A stretch of 63,620 bases of DNA, counting the filler, from Octopus bimaculoides (Eukaryota): NCBI RefSeq assembly GCF_001194135.2. It is 7 parts of 7 records of this genome, joined end to end, with 100 filler letters (N's around TTAATTAATTAA, not from the genome) between each part and the next. Parts side by side here need not be neighbours in the genome. Positions count along the whole stretch, not along the records: positions 34,819 to 43,794 come from NC_069006.1; positions 43,895 to 46,354 come from NW_026400778.1; positions 46,455 to 60,478 come from NC_068983.1; 4 more parts are not named here. One strand, written 5' to 3'. Numbering within the stretch: position 1 is the first letter of the stretch; each line of letters begins with the position of its first letter. This document shows positions 40,546-53,365 of the stretch, in pieces. The notes under the pieces were generated by a model. It was not told the origin of the DNA, did no database searches, and saw only the letters and a program-made list of their open reading frames with translations. The translations under genes and the position numbers were made by a program.

Positions 40546-41182
40546 TTTTTTCGAGAGAGAGATATAAATGCTGTGGATGAAAATTTCATTTAATAATACT
40601 AAAAATCAATCCCTTAACGTTTAAACAGGAGGTGTATACTAGCAAATGTGTCACCTGCTGCTCTTGTTAGATTAGCCCAAAGCTTTAGAAGCAGGGTGCT
40701 TAGCATGGATTACAGTTTTCGTGCTAAGGTCTTTCTTCGTGTATACACTCGTGTGTTTAGGCCAAGGTGGGGAGATGACGCTGTTAATACACCTAGGGTG
40801 TATTCGTAGATTACAGGAGAAAGGACCTTACAATATTTAGCTACGTACTCTAGTAGGAGGGTCTCGCTATAATAAAGAACCATGAGCTAAGAAGGGAGTC
40901 TCTAAGTTGTCAGTCGGTCTTCTAGAAATAGCAACCAAATCACACGTGTGCATCTTTAAAGGAAAAAATTATAGGATTCATTGGGTAATGTAGTCTTAGA
41001 TATAGAAAAATATGAGGTGGTCATAACTGGAACAGCTTTTATCATAGGTCTGTCTGGTCAGAGCTAACATGGAGCTAAGCAAGGAAGGACACACCAAATA
41101 ATGTAGCCCTAGATACTCTATGTCTGATTAAAAGACTTGGTGTCTTGGCTAGAGTATCTTTGATTACAGGTCTGCTCTATCA

Positions 41183-42535
41183 GATACCTATAGATCGATA
41201 AATCATTCAACTTAGACGGAAGCAAAAGATTGATAGATCAAAATTCACAGTAAATGATGACTATAGATCGATAAATCTCCATTCGGTATAGATGATGGCA
41301 ATAAGTCGATAAATCAACAATCACTGTAGAGGATGTCTGTTGATTGATAAATCACCATTTATACAAGATAATACCTACAGATCGATAAACCAGCATTGAA
41401 TGTAGATGATGGCTATAGATCGATAAATCAGTGTTTATTGAATAGGATGACAGTAAATCGATAAATCAAAATTCACTGTAGGTGATGATTATAGATCGAA
41501 AATCAATATTCATTGTAGATGATGGCTATAGATCGATAGATCAACATTCTTTGTAGATGATTATAGATCGAAAATCAATATTCAATGTAGAGAAAGTCTA
41601 TATATCGATAGTTATCGCTCGATCATCTATTATCGATTTATCATCTACAGTGAATATTGATTTCAACATTCACTGTAGATGATAGCTGTAAATCGATAAG
41701 TGAGCATTATTTGTGGATGATGATTATAGATTGAAAATCAATACTCATTGTACATTATGGCTATAGATCGATAAATCAGCATTCAATCAGTATATCAACA
41801 TTCACTGGAAGTGATCCCTATAGATCTTGAATATAGATCGATAAATCACCATTCAGACAAGATGACGCCTATAGATAAATAAATCAGCATTTATTGTAGA
41901 TGAAAGCTATAGGTCAATAAATCAACATTCATTGTAGATGATGACTAGATCGAAAATCAATATTCACTCAAGACGATGGCTATAGATCAATAAATCAAAC
42001 TTCACTGTAGATCTTGGATACAGATCGATAAATCAACATTCATTGTAGAAGATGTCTACAGATCAATAAATCATCATCGATTGTAGATGATCGCTGTAAA
42101 TTAACGTCTTAATATTCCCTGTACACAACAGTTACAAATCGATAGTTTAAGATCCATTGTAGATGATGGGTTAGGAAAAATATCTGAACACTTGTTGTAG
42201 TTTGTTACAACAGATCAATATTTTAGGATTCACTATAGATCGATATTTTAAGATCCAGTGTAGATGAATGATTTACTTCGGTATTTTCGGATTCATTGTA
42301 GATGATGGATAAAGATCGATATTTTATCAATATTATGGATGAAGGTTACCGAGCGATTTTTAAACATTCATTATCGATGGTTGCATTATACTGATAGATT
42401 GATATTTTAAAGTTAAATGTAGACGATGGCTGAAGATCGATATTTTAAGATTCATTGTAGATAATGGCAGAAGATCGATAAACTGATATCTTAAGATTTA
42501 ATGTGGATCATGGCTTTAGATCAATATTTAAACAT
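41183..42535. repeat. Diverged 38-bp tandem satellite, roughly 30-35 units in two subtypes
   Basis: Consensus about GATGATGGCTATAGATCGATAAATCAACATTCACTGTA. After about 42130 the units switch to ...GATCGATATTTTAAGATTCATTGTA. Confidence 0.9.
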
Positions 42536-42650
42536 TTCCTGAATATCAATCTTTACTAATAATTACATCTTATATTTTTCGTTTCCATTACATCTCCCTC
42601 TTGGATTTGGTTCTCTCTCTTATACATACATACATACATACATACATACA

Positions 42651-42684
<34 letters not shown>

Positions 42685-42814
42685 CATACATACATACGTA
42701 CGTACGTACATATTTACATACATACATACATATATACATACATACATACATACATACATACGTACGTACGTACATATTTACATACATACATACATACATA
42801 TTTACATGCATACA

Positions 42815-42848
<34 letters not shown>

Positions 42849-43059
42849 CATACATACATACATACGTACGTACGTACGCACGTACATATTTACATACATA
42901 TTTGCATACATATATACAGAAAGACAGACAGACAGACAGACAGACAGACGGACAGACAGACAGACGGACAGACAGACAGACGGACAGACAGACAGACGGA
43001 GAGACTGACAGAAATTCAACCGATAAAATAACACTTTAAGAACTATGTTAAATACTAGT

Positions 43060-43335
43060 TGTTAGGGCATACAGCTCAGGGTGCGCTGAGTCCTTGAGCA
43101 AGACACTTTATTTCACGTTGCTCCAATTCGCTTACAAAGCAAAAATGAGTTGTACCAGTAATTCAAAGCGCCAGACTTCTCACATTCTGCGTCGCGTTGA
43201 ATCTTTTTTAGAACTACGTTTGAGGGCATGTGCGACTGTGGAATGCTCAGCCACTTGCACGTTCATTTCATGAGCAGACTGTTCCGTTGATCGGATCAAC
43301 TACAGCCCATGTCGTCGTAGCCGACGGAGTGCCAT
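43060..43335 (+). mobile_element. SINE family C
   Basis: ccttgagcaagacactttatttcacgttgctcc core and ...ttccgttgatcggatcaac...gacggagtgcca tail. Confidence 0.6.
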
Positions 43336-43583
43336 TAAATATATACATATATATATCGTTGCCATTATGCAAAAGTGTTGTAAGTCCAAAGATAGCTTCA
43401 CCATTCCATAGTAAAACCGTTGTACTAGACTTTGACAATTTTTGATATCTTGGCATCTGAAGCAGCGGCAGATACGATAGTTTGACCAAAAGAACTGGGT
43501 ATTGCAAGCAAAAAAAATATTGGTCAAATTTGGACATACGACAGTTAGACATAATACCAACGATATATATATATATATATATA

Positions 43584-43762
43584 CCGTATTTTAATGTGTA
43601 TAAGGAACCCATTTTTGTCAAAAATTAGGTTTATAAAAATGGAATTTTCTTATACATGGATAGTATTACAATCTCTTACAAAACCTTTTTTCCAAATTTT
43701 AAGCCTCCAAAATTAGGGATTTCCTTATACTCAAGGGCTCCTTATACACGTTAAAATAAGGG
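43584..43762. mobile_element. pogo-like MITE
   Basis: TIRs ccgtattttaatgtgtataagg / ccttatacacgttaaaataagg, within a TA tract. Confidence 0.75.
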
Positions 43763-43949
43763 TGTGGTATATATATATATATATATATATATATNNNNNN
43801 NNNNNNNNNNNNNNNNNNNNNNNNNNNNNNNNNNNNNNTTAATTAATTAANNNNNNNNNNNNNNNNNNNNNNNNNNNNNNNNNNNNNNNNNNNNTATATA
43901 TGCATATATATATATATGTTTATGTACATACCTACATCTATACATATAA

Positions 43950-46010
43950 ACATATGTGGGCACAGGATATCATGAAACGTACAACATAAAAATACAAAGC
44001 AAGAGTATATGGAACATGAACTATTATTTCAAACAATGAAAGACACAAATGGAAAACAAAACAAACATAAAGAATGACTCTTCATCAGTTGTTGGCTGTT
44101 TTTCTAGTCTCATATTTAGAGCATTTAACAACAATATACACTTTTGATAAAACAATTGCTCCCACAAAGCAAATTAAATAAAATTTGGGATTTTTGCTGA
44201 GGGTCAAAATAGGTAATACAAACAGGACAGTGAAAACATATATTTATATAAATATGAGCATGTGATTAGGAAGCATTATGTTCGCCAAATGAATAGGTTA
44301 TGTATATATACAAAAAGTAATATGGTTTTGTAATTATATGCAATGCATTTTATGTTATATAATATTGTGAAATAATGTTGGAAAACAAATATATGATTCT
44401 GTAAATTTAGAAAAAGTTTATTTATGTGCATGCAAACATTGGTAAACTTTTTCTGATTTATCATTTAAGAGATTGTACTTAGAGAATATGATATGATACG
44501 TTTCATCTACACAGAGCAAGCATGTCTTGGTTGGTGATTTATAGGGTAGAGCATTACTTAGAACTTTCCATCTAATTTTATAGGTCTTACTACTATCTTT
44601 AAGTTTCCAGATAAAATTTACTAAGTCTTGTGCTATTACGTTTACTAATATTTCGAAATGAGACTTCATGGTTTGTGATGAGATATTTCACATAACAAGC
44701 TGTTGCTCCAAGATAATAGAAATATTTACCTTCAGATTCAACTGTGGCTTGATATACTAGGTTTTTGCATTAACAGTAGTTGTTAAATTTACAATTTGCC
44801 TTAACTCTAGAGTCACATAAAACATTTAGATCATTATAACTTGTGTTGGTATTAGTGCTCCTGTTTCGTCTTGGTATAACATTTAAGTCAGTTTTAGTAG
44901 TATTTGTGTTCCTAGCTGGAGGGGGAATGCTTCTATTTTTATAATACTCATCAAGTTTAAAAATTATTTGAAGATGATAAATGTCTAAATAAGTTTTTAG
45001 TCATAGAAAATCCGATCCTTATTAAATTATTATTACTTATGGTACTATACTTACTAGAAGCGAAATGTTTATCTATTATGGAACAGATTATTTTGATAAG
45101 GTTTGTCTTTATTTGTCTGCCATAAGGTAAGATAGGTCAAATTATATTACTATTATTATTATAATTATGTTTTTTGTGGCGTTTATGGTTGCTATCAAGT
45201 AGATGTTTTATATATAAGTTTCTTATGTTTGAAGCATTTTAAAGTTTTGTAGGTGGATTCAAGTAATTTGAATGATTCTTTTTCTTTGTATTGTTATGTT
45301 TATTAATTCTAAGTATAGGTTCATTATTTTCTATAGGCAATTTATCATTTATCTTGTTAACTGTCTAGTGGTTATCATTATTTTCAAATTAAAGTTTTTG
45401 TGTATACCTTGCCTTTGCTAATGCTGAGTTATAATAGTCCTTATTAATATCAAAGATTTCTTTGTTAGATGAGAGGCAATTAATTCTGCATTGAATATTT
45501 TTAACTAAACATTTAGTTAATGTTTTGGGATGATTACTATCATAATTAATATATGTTAACTTTGAAATTGGTTTGTGATATGGTGCATGGTTGCCTGTGA
45601 GTAGGTTATGGTTGACATCTAAAAAGTTTATGGAACTATGCTCGTTTTCTACAGAAATTTTCAGCCTAAACGTATTACAGAATTTGAGATTTCTAGTAAT
45701 TTTCTAATTTTCTGCAACTTGTAGTTTTAATTATAAATAATGCATCGTCTCTATATAATCCTCTGGCTATTGCTGGAAATTCATTATTGAACTTTTACAG
45801 AATATAAATTCCTACAATATCAGTGAACTGAGCTGGATTAGTCGATCCCATAGGTATATCAAAGTTATTGGATGTGTCCTTTCTAGCCCAGTATTTGTTG
45901 TCAAATCTAATTAATGATTTTCTTGCAGTGAGAATGATATAATAAATATACATCGTTTTTTAATGTTCAAGTAGATTAATTAGCATTTATAATACCATCC
46001 GCATATTTTT
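43950..46010 (-). mobile_element. Penelope-like element (decayed RT plus GIY-YIG)
   Basis: Minus strand ARKSLIRFDNKYWARKDTSNNFDIPMGS, GLYRDDAL, and FIWKLKDSSKTYKIRWKVL...CLLCVDETYHII. Confidence 0.85.
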
Positions 46011-46639
46011 CAGTAACATTATTTTTTATTAGGTGCATAAATATAACCACTATTTTTATCCCCATAACCTTAAATTAATCCTTAATATTAATATAAAAAT
46101 TTTTTATTCTGATTTTTATTTTGATCTTTATACTTAATCCCATACTTATCTTATCATAATACAATAATACATAATATCACATTCATTGTAAATCTCACCT
46201 TACTTATGCGCCATGTAACTCACCTATATCCAATTTTTACCTAAACTTTACAACATAATTCAAAACTATATTATCAATTTACTCTTAACCACATGCAATA
46301 CTCCCATCTTAGTAAATTCAAATCTTTTACTCTCTCTCTCTCTCTCTCTCTCTCNNNNNNNNNNNNNNNNNNNNNNNNNNNNNNNNNNNNNNNNNNNNTT
46401 AATTAATTAANNNNNNNNNNNNNNNNNNNNNNNNNNNNNNNNNNNNNNNNNNNNAGAGGGATGAATGAGAGGGGGAGATACAAATAGAGAGAGTCGCGTT
46501 AGAAAAATAGTTAAAACTTACTGTATAAAGGTAACCCGTGCGTTCTGTCGTGATACAAACAATATATGAGTATATGCATATATATGTACATGTATGTATA
46601 TACGTTCATCTACATGTACATATAGATACATAACTGGGT

Positions 46640-46960
46640 ACATGACGTGGCAAAAGAACAAGGACAAAATGGTAAACAAGGTGCAACAAACAAGCAGGCC
46701 ACATAGAAACATACCCTTCATCAGCTGCCACCATTAAAACTCCAGTGTTTCGAAGAATTAAGGCAGTACGCATCGTTAAAATGGTTCTTCCCACGAACAC
46801 AAATTAAATTGTTTTCGTGGAGGGTAGTGGCGGACGGAAAACAAGACAGGAAAACGGCTAAAATAATTTTATAAGAAACATTTCAGTACCGGTTTTGTTC
46901 GTTGAGACTTTTTCAACTGTATGTATGGGAAACAATTAAATTTTGGAAAAATTAAAGGAA
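46640..46960 (-). mobile_element. Penelope-LTR-like fragment with fossil hammerhead
   Basis: ctgatgaagggtatg motif plus a hammerhead-like fold at 46884-46919. Confidence 0.45.
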
Positions 46961-48214
46961 AAGTTTTTAAAAGAATATTTGCATAGTATTCAAATACAAG
47001 GGGTATGTTCCTTGTTTCTNNNNNNNNNNNNNNNNNNNNNNNNNNNNNNNNNNNNNNNNNNNNNNNNNNNNNNNNNNNNNNNNNNNNNNNNNNNNNNNNN
47101 NNNNNNNNNNNNNNNNNNNNNNNNNNNNNNNNNNNNNNNNNNNNNNNNNNNNNNNNNNNNNNNNNNNNNNNNNNNNNNNNNNNNNNNNNNNNNNNNNNNN
47201 NNNNNNNNNNNNNNNNNNNNNNNNNNNNNNNNNNNNNNNNNNNNNNNNNNNNNNNNNNNNNNNNNNNNNNNNNNNNNNNNNNNNNNNNNNNNNNNNNNNN
47301 NNNNNNNNNNNNNNNNNNNNNNNNNNNNNNNNNTGTATACTAGAATGTTCTTGACAGTGACTTCGGACTCTTTCGGCCAGCTAACCCATCGACGGACAGC
47401 GATGCATTCGATTAATCTTGCCTGTGTATTGTCTCTGTTGAGTTAAAAATATCATTTGATGTGTGCATTTGACTGTGGAAGTAGAGTTGGAAAATATTTT
47501 CTTGATTAAATTTGTGATTATGTTATTGTTTAGAAGTTATTCATGCATATACAAATTTGTTAACAACCCTCTGGGCGCTTTTCTCTTGCTAAGTAGGCAC
47601 AAAGAGTGACATTATTTGTGTTGCTTTTTGTAGTTTTGGATTTAATCTTCTTGCTTTGACAATATAAAGGTTAAAAGTTCAAATTCCAGTGTTTAAGCAT
47701 GGGAGTGTCAAAAAGAACGTATGTAGGTGGTAAATTTAGCCTGATTCTATCTTGTTTGTTGCTGTTGTCATTTAGGGTAATTCCTCTTTTTATTTGTAAG
47801 GCTAGGTCTTTTAGTCAAGCATGTTATGGCTTAGTTAATATAGAAACTCTTTTTCTCTTGTGATTTGATGTTCACAAAGATATCTGAGTAAAGTGTGTAT
47901 ATTTATATATTCTTCTCAAGTTGTTCGTGTATATTTTAATGTTTTGAATGGTATCTCTAGCAACTCCAGTTGGTTTGATAGTAGCTTTTAAGTATTTAAT
48001 TTGCTCTCGAATATTTTCATATGTTGATGCCAGCGAACGCGACGTTTACTGATTGGCTGAAAATTCTGAAAATGATCCAACATTTATCACCTGTGACATT
48101 TTTACAAGATATTTCTGGAATAAACGAATAACAAATTCAGATTCAACGTCAAAAATTACATTTATATGATATATGAATATCGTTTTAAAGATGATTGTAA
48201 ACAGTGAGGAAAAC

Positions 48215-48420
48215 CACAAAGATTCGTAAAAGAGGGAAATGCTTAGTGGCATTTCGTCCGTATTTACATTCTGAGTTCTAATTGCCCTGCGGTCGACTTT
48301 GCATGTCACACTTTCGTGGTCGATAAAATAAGTACCAGTTCATGACTAGGGTTGATGTAATCGACTTGTGACCCGTCCCACGAAGTAGTTCATACTGTGC
48401 CAAAATTTGAAGCGAATATT
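48215..48420 (+). mobile_element. SINE family B (head truncated)
   Basis: aaatgcttagtggcatttcgtc...gtgccaaaatttgaa. Confidence 0.8.
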
Positions 48421-48785
48421 ATTAAAAGGTCGTGATATTTTCTTTTCACGGCAGTCACGAAAAATTTAAATCTGAATAGAAAGTCTGAGATCGTTTAAGC
48501 ATGTAATTATAAGACTTATAAGACGTAACTATACAACAATTTAAGCGTGTAACTAAATGCATAGTGTTTCTTACATTACTATATATTATTCAAATTTTCT
48601 ACATTATCGAAGTAATCATTTTACTGAACTTGAATTAGTTTTACATCTAAATTTTTATATGACGTACTTATAAACTATATCGTTGTAATGATGATATATG
48701 ATTTTGCAAATATCCTAGCATGGAAGAATTCATATATGCTTCTATATGTAAATGTTGATTAGGTGTTATTATAGGTGCATGTGTG

Positions 48786-48831
<46 letters not shown>

Positions 48832-50899
48832 ATGTAGCAAAACGCATATAAATAAAAGTTTCTTTAATTCCTATACATGTTTCAAAATAAATGAGAGCTC
48901 CTTCACAAAGAAGTAAGAGCTGCTGGGATTCCTCATATATTTCTCTTCGGGGAGTTCATAATAAAACATATAATAGCAAGACAAAAACGAAATGATGAGG
49001 TAACTTACGAGCAAAGATGTTATATGGTCAGTGACCGTTAGAACGTTTGTTTACATACAGATATACAGGGATCAATGATATTATTCCATGGGCTTTAGGA
49101 ATAAGAACGCTTGTTTACATAGAGATATAAAGGGATATCTACTTGCCTAAATGCTGATGATTTAAATAACATAACGGCGCCCCAGATCCAACAAGGAAAT
49201 CTGAAGAATTGCTTGAAAACCAAAGTAACTGAATGTGTTGCGCACACAATAACATCAGCTTTAACATCTAAGATTGAAGATAAGCTGAAGATCGGAAAAT
49301 GATACTGCTTGTTTTGACAAAAAGATTGCAATATTTGTCTTACGGAGCAATAAATTTATGATGTATTTAACAGTATAATTCAATGCATAAGTTCCATGTT
49401 GTAACGGTGTCCGAAGTTTTTTGAGTAAAGACTCTATGAGATCTTCTGCCCTTAATGTGGCATTTGTACAGTGAATAACTTCAGGTGAGATGCGTGAAAG
49501 CGTAATTTTTTCTTATTTTCGCAGAGGCAAAATATCGTTATGTGATTTCAGTCATTGTTAAGTTTCTAATTATATATTCCACGAGCTCTTGGTTTATTCT
49601 TATTTGAAACATTCCATTTACTCCAATTACCAGCGATGAATGAGTGTGAATTACAAAACATATTCTTCAACTAATTTAAAGTTAATATTTTAGCCTGCGT
49701 ATAATCCTTCATAGTTTGGTAAGAAACTTGTCTGGTAATGGAATTCCATATGAGGTGTATTTAGTTTGCAGCGAAATCTTGCAACTAATTCACCATGTGT
49801 ATTCAGAATAAAAAGTAGAAGAAAGCCAATCTATGACAAGTTTAATCAATTTATTTAGGTTCTTTTATCCATAGCTGAGTAATAATGTTGACGACCAGCA
49901 CATTTTCTGCGGACATTGGAGAATTGTAACACTGAAGCTTGGCGAAACTTGTCAATTAGTGTGTGATTCATAAATTTTCTATGGAATTAGCTGAACTGAC
50001 ACTAAAAAGTGTCATTGCTATGGACAGAGTTTAGTGCAGTTCTCTGTTCACTGATCAACACCATATTGATTTGATCATTCGTAACTCTAGAAGCTATCAT
50101 TATAATGTTTAGAATAATACATAATTAATGCATCATTAGACCAGCATTAGGCATTATTCAGTTTAGCATATCACGCCAACAGATAAAGTAATAGTCTTAG
50201 CGAAAACAATAGCAACATGAACGAAAATGTATCATCCAGTAAAACAAACCGACAAATACTGTAATAATTTGTAGTCTGCAAATTTATAGGTTAATCCGAT
50301 TCATCTCATAATCTCTTACGTGTTCAGCAAGGCATTTATATATTAGTTGATAGCATCATTTGAAGTGCAAGTAAAGACATCAGCGCGCGTGTAATCGAGA
50401 ATTATCGTAATAACGTCGTTTCTGTAGCTTTATCGTTCTTTAATTATTGATTAGATCGCTTCCTTCTACAAAGCTGATAAATTGTGGAATAGCTACGACA
50501 TGCCTGAATAACATTAAATACTGCCAAACAATAATAAGAATGTTATGAGTTTTACACTGAGGAACAACACTACCAAAACACTCTAGCAAAGAAAAACAAA
50601 AAAAAAAGGAGAAATATTTTTGTTTTTGAAAGAAACCAGCAAAATATAGACTAAAGTGACAAACCTTTGTGAGTGGAAAGGACGAGATAATTAGACATAA
50701 TGTAAAAACAGAAGGAGGACAGACTGAAGAACAGGAGTTTCTTTTTTTTACCAGAGACCATCAATCGTAGGCTACGAAACATGACAGATTGAGTAACAGT
50801 AGAATGTTTATAGACTGCGAAGAAATAAGTAATTACATTCTCTCTGTCTTCTCACACTTTCATTCCCTCCCCTTCGCTTTCGCTCTCTCTGCTGCCGAG

Positions 50900-51400
50900 T
50901 CTTACCCAAGTGAGAATATATGTCCAGACATGACAGAGTTTGGGATTTTATGCTACGTTATGAAATACCGACAGAACAATGATGATAGAAATGTACACGA
51001 GAAAGTTTTTCGAAGAATGACAAAGCGACTATATTCTAAAATATGCAAACCATCATCTCTAAGTTGATCAGGTTTAATCAACCGGAGAATATTGGTAACG
51101 ATCAATAGAAAAGGAATTATGTCTGTAATTATGTAGGCGATTATGCTGTGTTTAAGTTATTGGAGAAGTTGTAACTATGTGAAGATATGGGATAGAGGTA
51201 ACAAGAATGTGGCGTTCTGAATACAGCTGTATATTTCTGTAATAGTTGGTGCCTTGGGAATGATTAAAACGCTTGCAGATAAGAAACCTAACCAAAGCAC
51301 GGCTAGGGACCGGTGCATTATTTTATACAATTCTGTCAAAACCACAGAATATGTGAAAACTGCACAAGACAGAAACCCTTAAAAGGCTGAAAGATATTGG
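50900..51400 (+). mobile_element. Degenerate R4/Dong-like C-terminal (RLE) fragment
   Basis: IEVTRMW...VGALGMIK; upstream EYICRHD-like remnant. Confidence 0.6.
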
Positions 51401-51604
51401 AATTGAGGCACGTAACGATCTGAAGTAAGGTTCATTAGATTTGAAGAGATTTCTTGCAACCAAACCACGGAATAACATACTTGCTAATTAAATTGGCATG
51501 TGTGTGGTTTTGTACAGCTGTATTGGCGACATGATCATAATGACGGTGGTGATACTACTACTACTATTACTACTACTACTACTACTACTACTACCACTAC
51601 TACT

Positions 51605-51734
51605 ATTAATCCTTTCTATTATAAACACAAGGCCTGAAATGTTTGGGGAGAGGACTAGTCGATTACATCAACCGCTGTGTTTCACTGGTACTTAATTCAT
51701 CGACTCCGAAAGGATGAAAGGCAAAGTCAACCTC

Positions 51735-51735
<1 letters not shown>
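51605..51735 (-). mobile_element. SINE family B, 3' part
   Basis: ggcctgaaatgtttgggg...gatgaaaggcaaagtcaacctc. Confidence 0.75.
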
Positions 51736-51776
<41 letters not shown>

Positions 51777-51819
51777 GTGATAATAAAGATGATGATGATG
51801 AGGAGGAGGAGGAGGGGGG

Positions 51820-52430
51820 GAGGATGTTGAATCCATTGACCATTTTTGCAGTCACCAAGTACAAAACCACACATGACCGAATGGAGTAGTACTTACATTG
51901 GAACATCAGTCACCATTATGATATTCTATCTCTAAAAAAAAAAAACAAAGAAACGGGTATGAACACCACCCGAAACTAGTCATACAGGGTAAGAAAGATT
52001 TTATTTTGTGGGATTTTACCATCCATACTCACAGGAAAATAAATGCCAACTGGCTTGATATGGCTATCAAAGATCATCAACAAAATGCAGGCTATCTAAT
52101 GGATATGAATATACCAGATGAAAAATTCTCAGTCAAAGTATTTGAAAAGTTAAATACAAGGACCTACAGTTAGGAATTAGCAGACTGTGGATAGTAAAAA
52201 CAGTTACCGTACGGGTAGTAGTAGGAGTACTACCCATGATTAAAGAAGGGCCTTTAATCTTCATTTATAAAATACCTGGGAAATTGAATAGACACGACGT
52301 CCAAAAGATTGGACCAAGATCAACAGCCCATATCTAGATAAAATTCCTATCGTTATTGCATATACTAGACTTAGGTCTCCGGCAGAGACGCGGTTAGGAA
52401 GGAAAATGCCACGAAATCAAGCTAAAATAT
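51820..52430 (+). mobile_element. Degenerate R4/Dong-like RLE fragment
   Basis: YKTTHDRM..YLHW, ILWDFTIHTHRKINANWLDMAIKD, and YLMDMNIP. Confidence 0.75.
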
Positions 52431-52436
52431 AGGAAA

Positions 52437-52464
<28 letters not shown>

Positions 52465-52470
<6 letters not shown>

Positions 52471-52798
52471 TAGTTTTATTTTTTATAACGTGCTTTCATT
52501 TCACTACCGAGCGCAGCTCTGTGCGCCTTGGGTATGTGCTGTGGTTTGCTGTGGTGTTCTTATGGTTACTGTATTGAAAGTGTTTTGCGTAGGATGTGTG
52601 CAGTGCCCAGTAGTGCAATTTTCTGTATGTTATATATATTTGTAAGTTCTGGTGTTTTTGTTATGTATTTGTCTGAATATTGTTTTTATTATACCTAAGG
52701 CACCTACTATGATAGGAATTGTTTCTGTTTTTAGATTCCACATTCGAGTTACCTCTATTTCCAGGTCTCTGTATTTTGAAAGTTTTTCCATTTCTTTT
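52465..52798 (-). mobile_element. R4/Dong-like 3' end, inverted
   Basis: Reverse complement of 60060-60387, ending in (ATT)n at 52436-52468. Confidence 0.85.
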
Positions 52799-52987
52799 NN
52801 NNNNNNNNNNNNNNNNNNNNNNNNNNNNNNNNNNNNNNNNNNNNNNNNNNNNNNNNNNNNNNNNNNNNNNNNNNNNNNNNNNNNNNNNNNNNNNNNNNNN
52901 NNNNNNNNNNNNNNNNNNNNNNNNNNNNNNNNNNNNNNNNNNNNNNNNNNNNNNNNNNNCTTCTTCTTCTTCTTCTTCTTCTTCTTC

Positions 52988-53078
<91 letters not shown>

Positions 53079-53089
53079 CATTATTATTA

Positions 53090-53365
53090 TTAGAATTTAA
53101 TCTATTCACTAAGCTTTGTGATAGACAAGGTTATAATGAAGAACTCTAAACAATACCGGAAAAACTTATTCATGGCCTGGATAGACCTCAAAAAGGCTTA
53201 CGATATGTTGCCATATTCGTGGACTTTGGAAACACTCGACATGTGTGGAATAGCTGAGAACGTTTGTACACTGATTAAGAACACCATGCATATTTGGAAA
53301 ACGCGTGTTTCCTGTAACAACCAGCGCTTATCCGAGGTATCAATCAAAAGAAATAATAATGAAAA
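53090..53365 (+). mobile_element. R4-clade RT fragment
   Basis: KNLFMAWIDLKKAYDMLPYSW is an RT motif. Confidence 0.8.

Noticed and set aside
41183-42535. CRISPR array or coding repeat interpretation of the 38-bp array
   Set aside because: No constant repeat with unique spacers, variation is spread across the unit, no cas genes, and 38 is not a multiple of 3.
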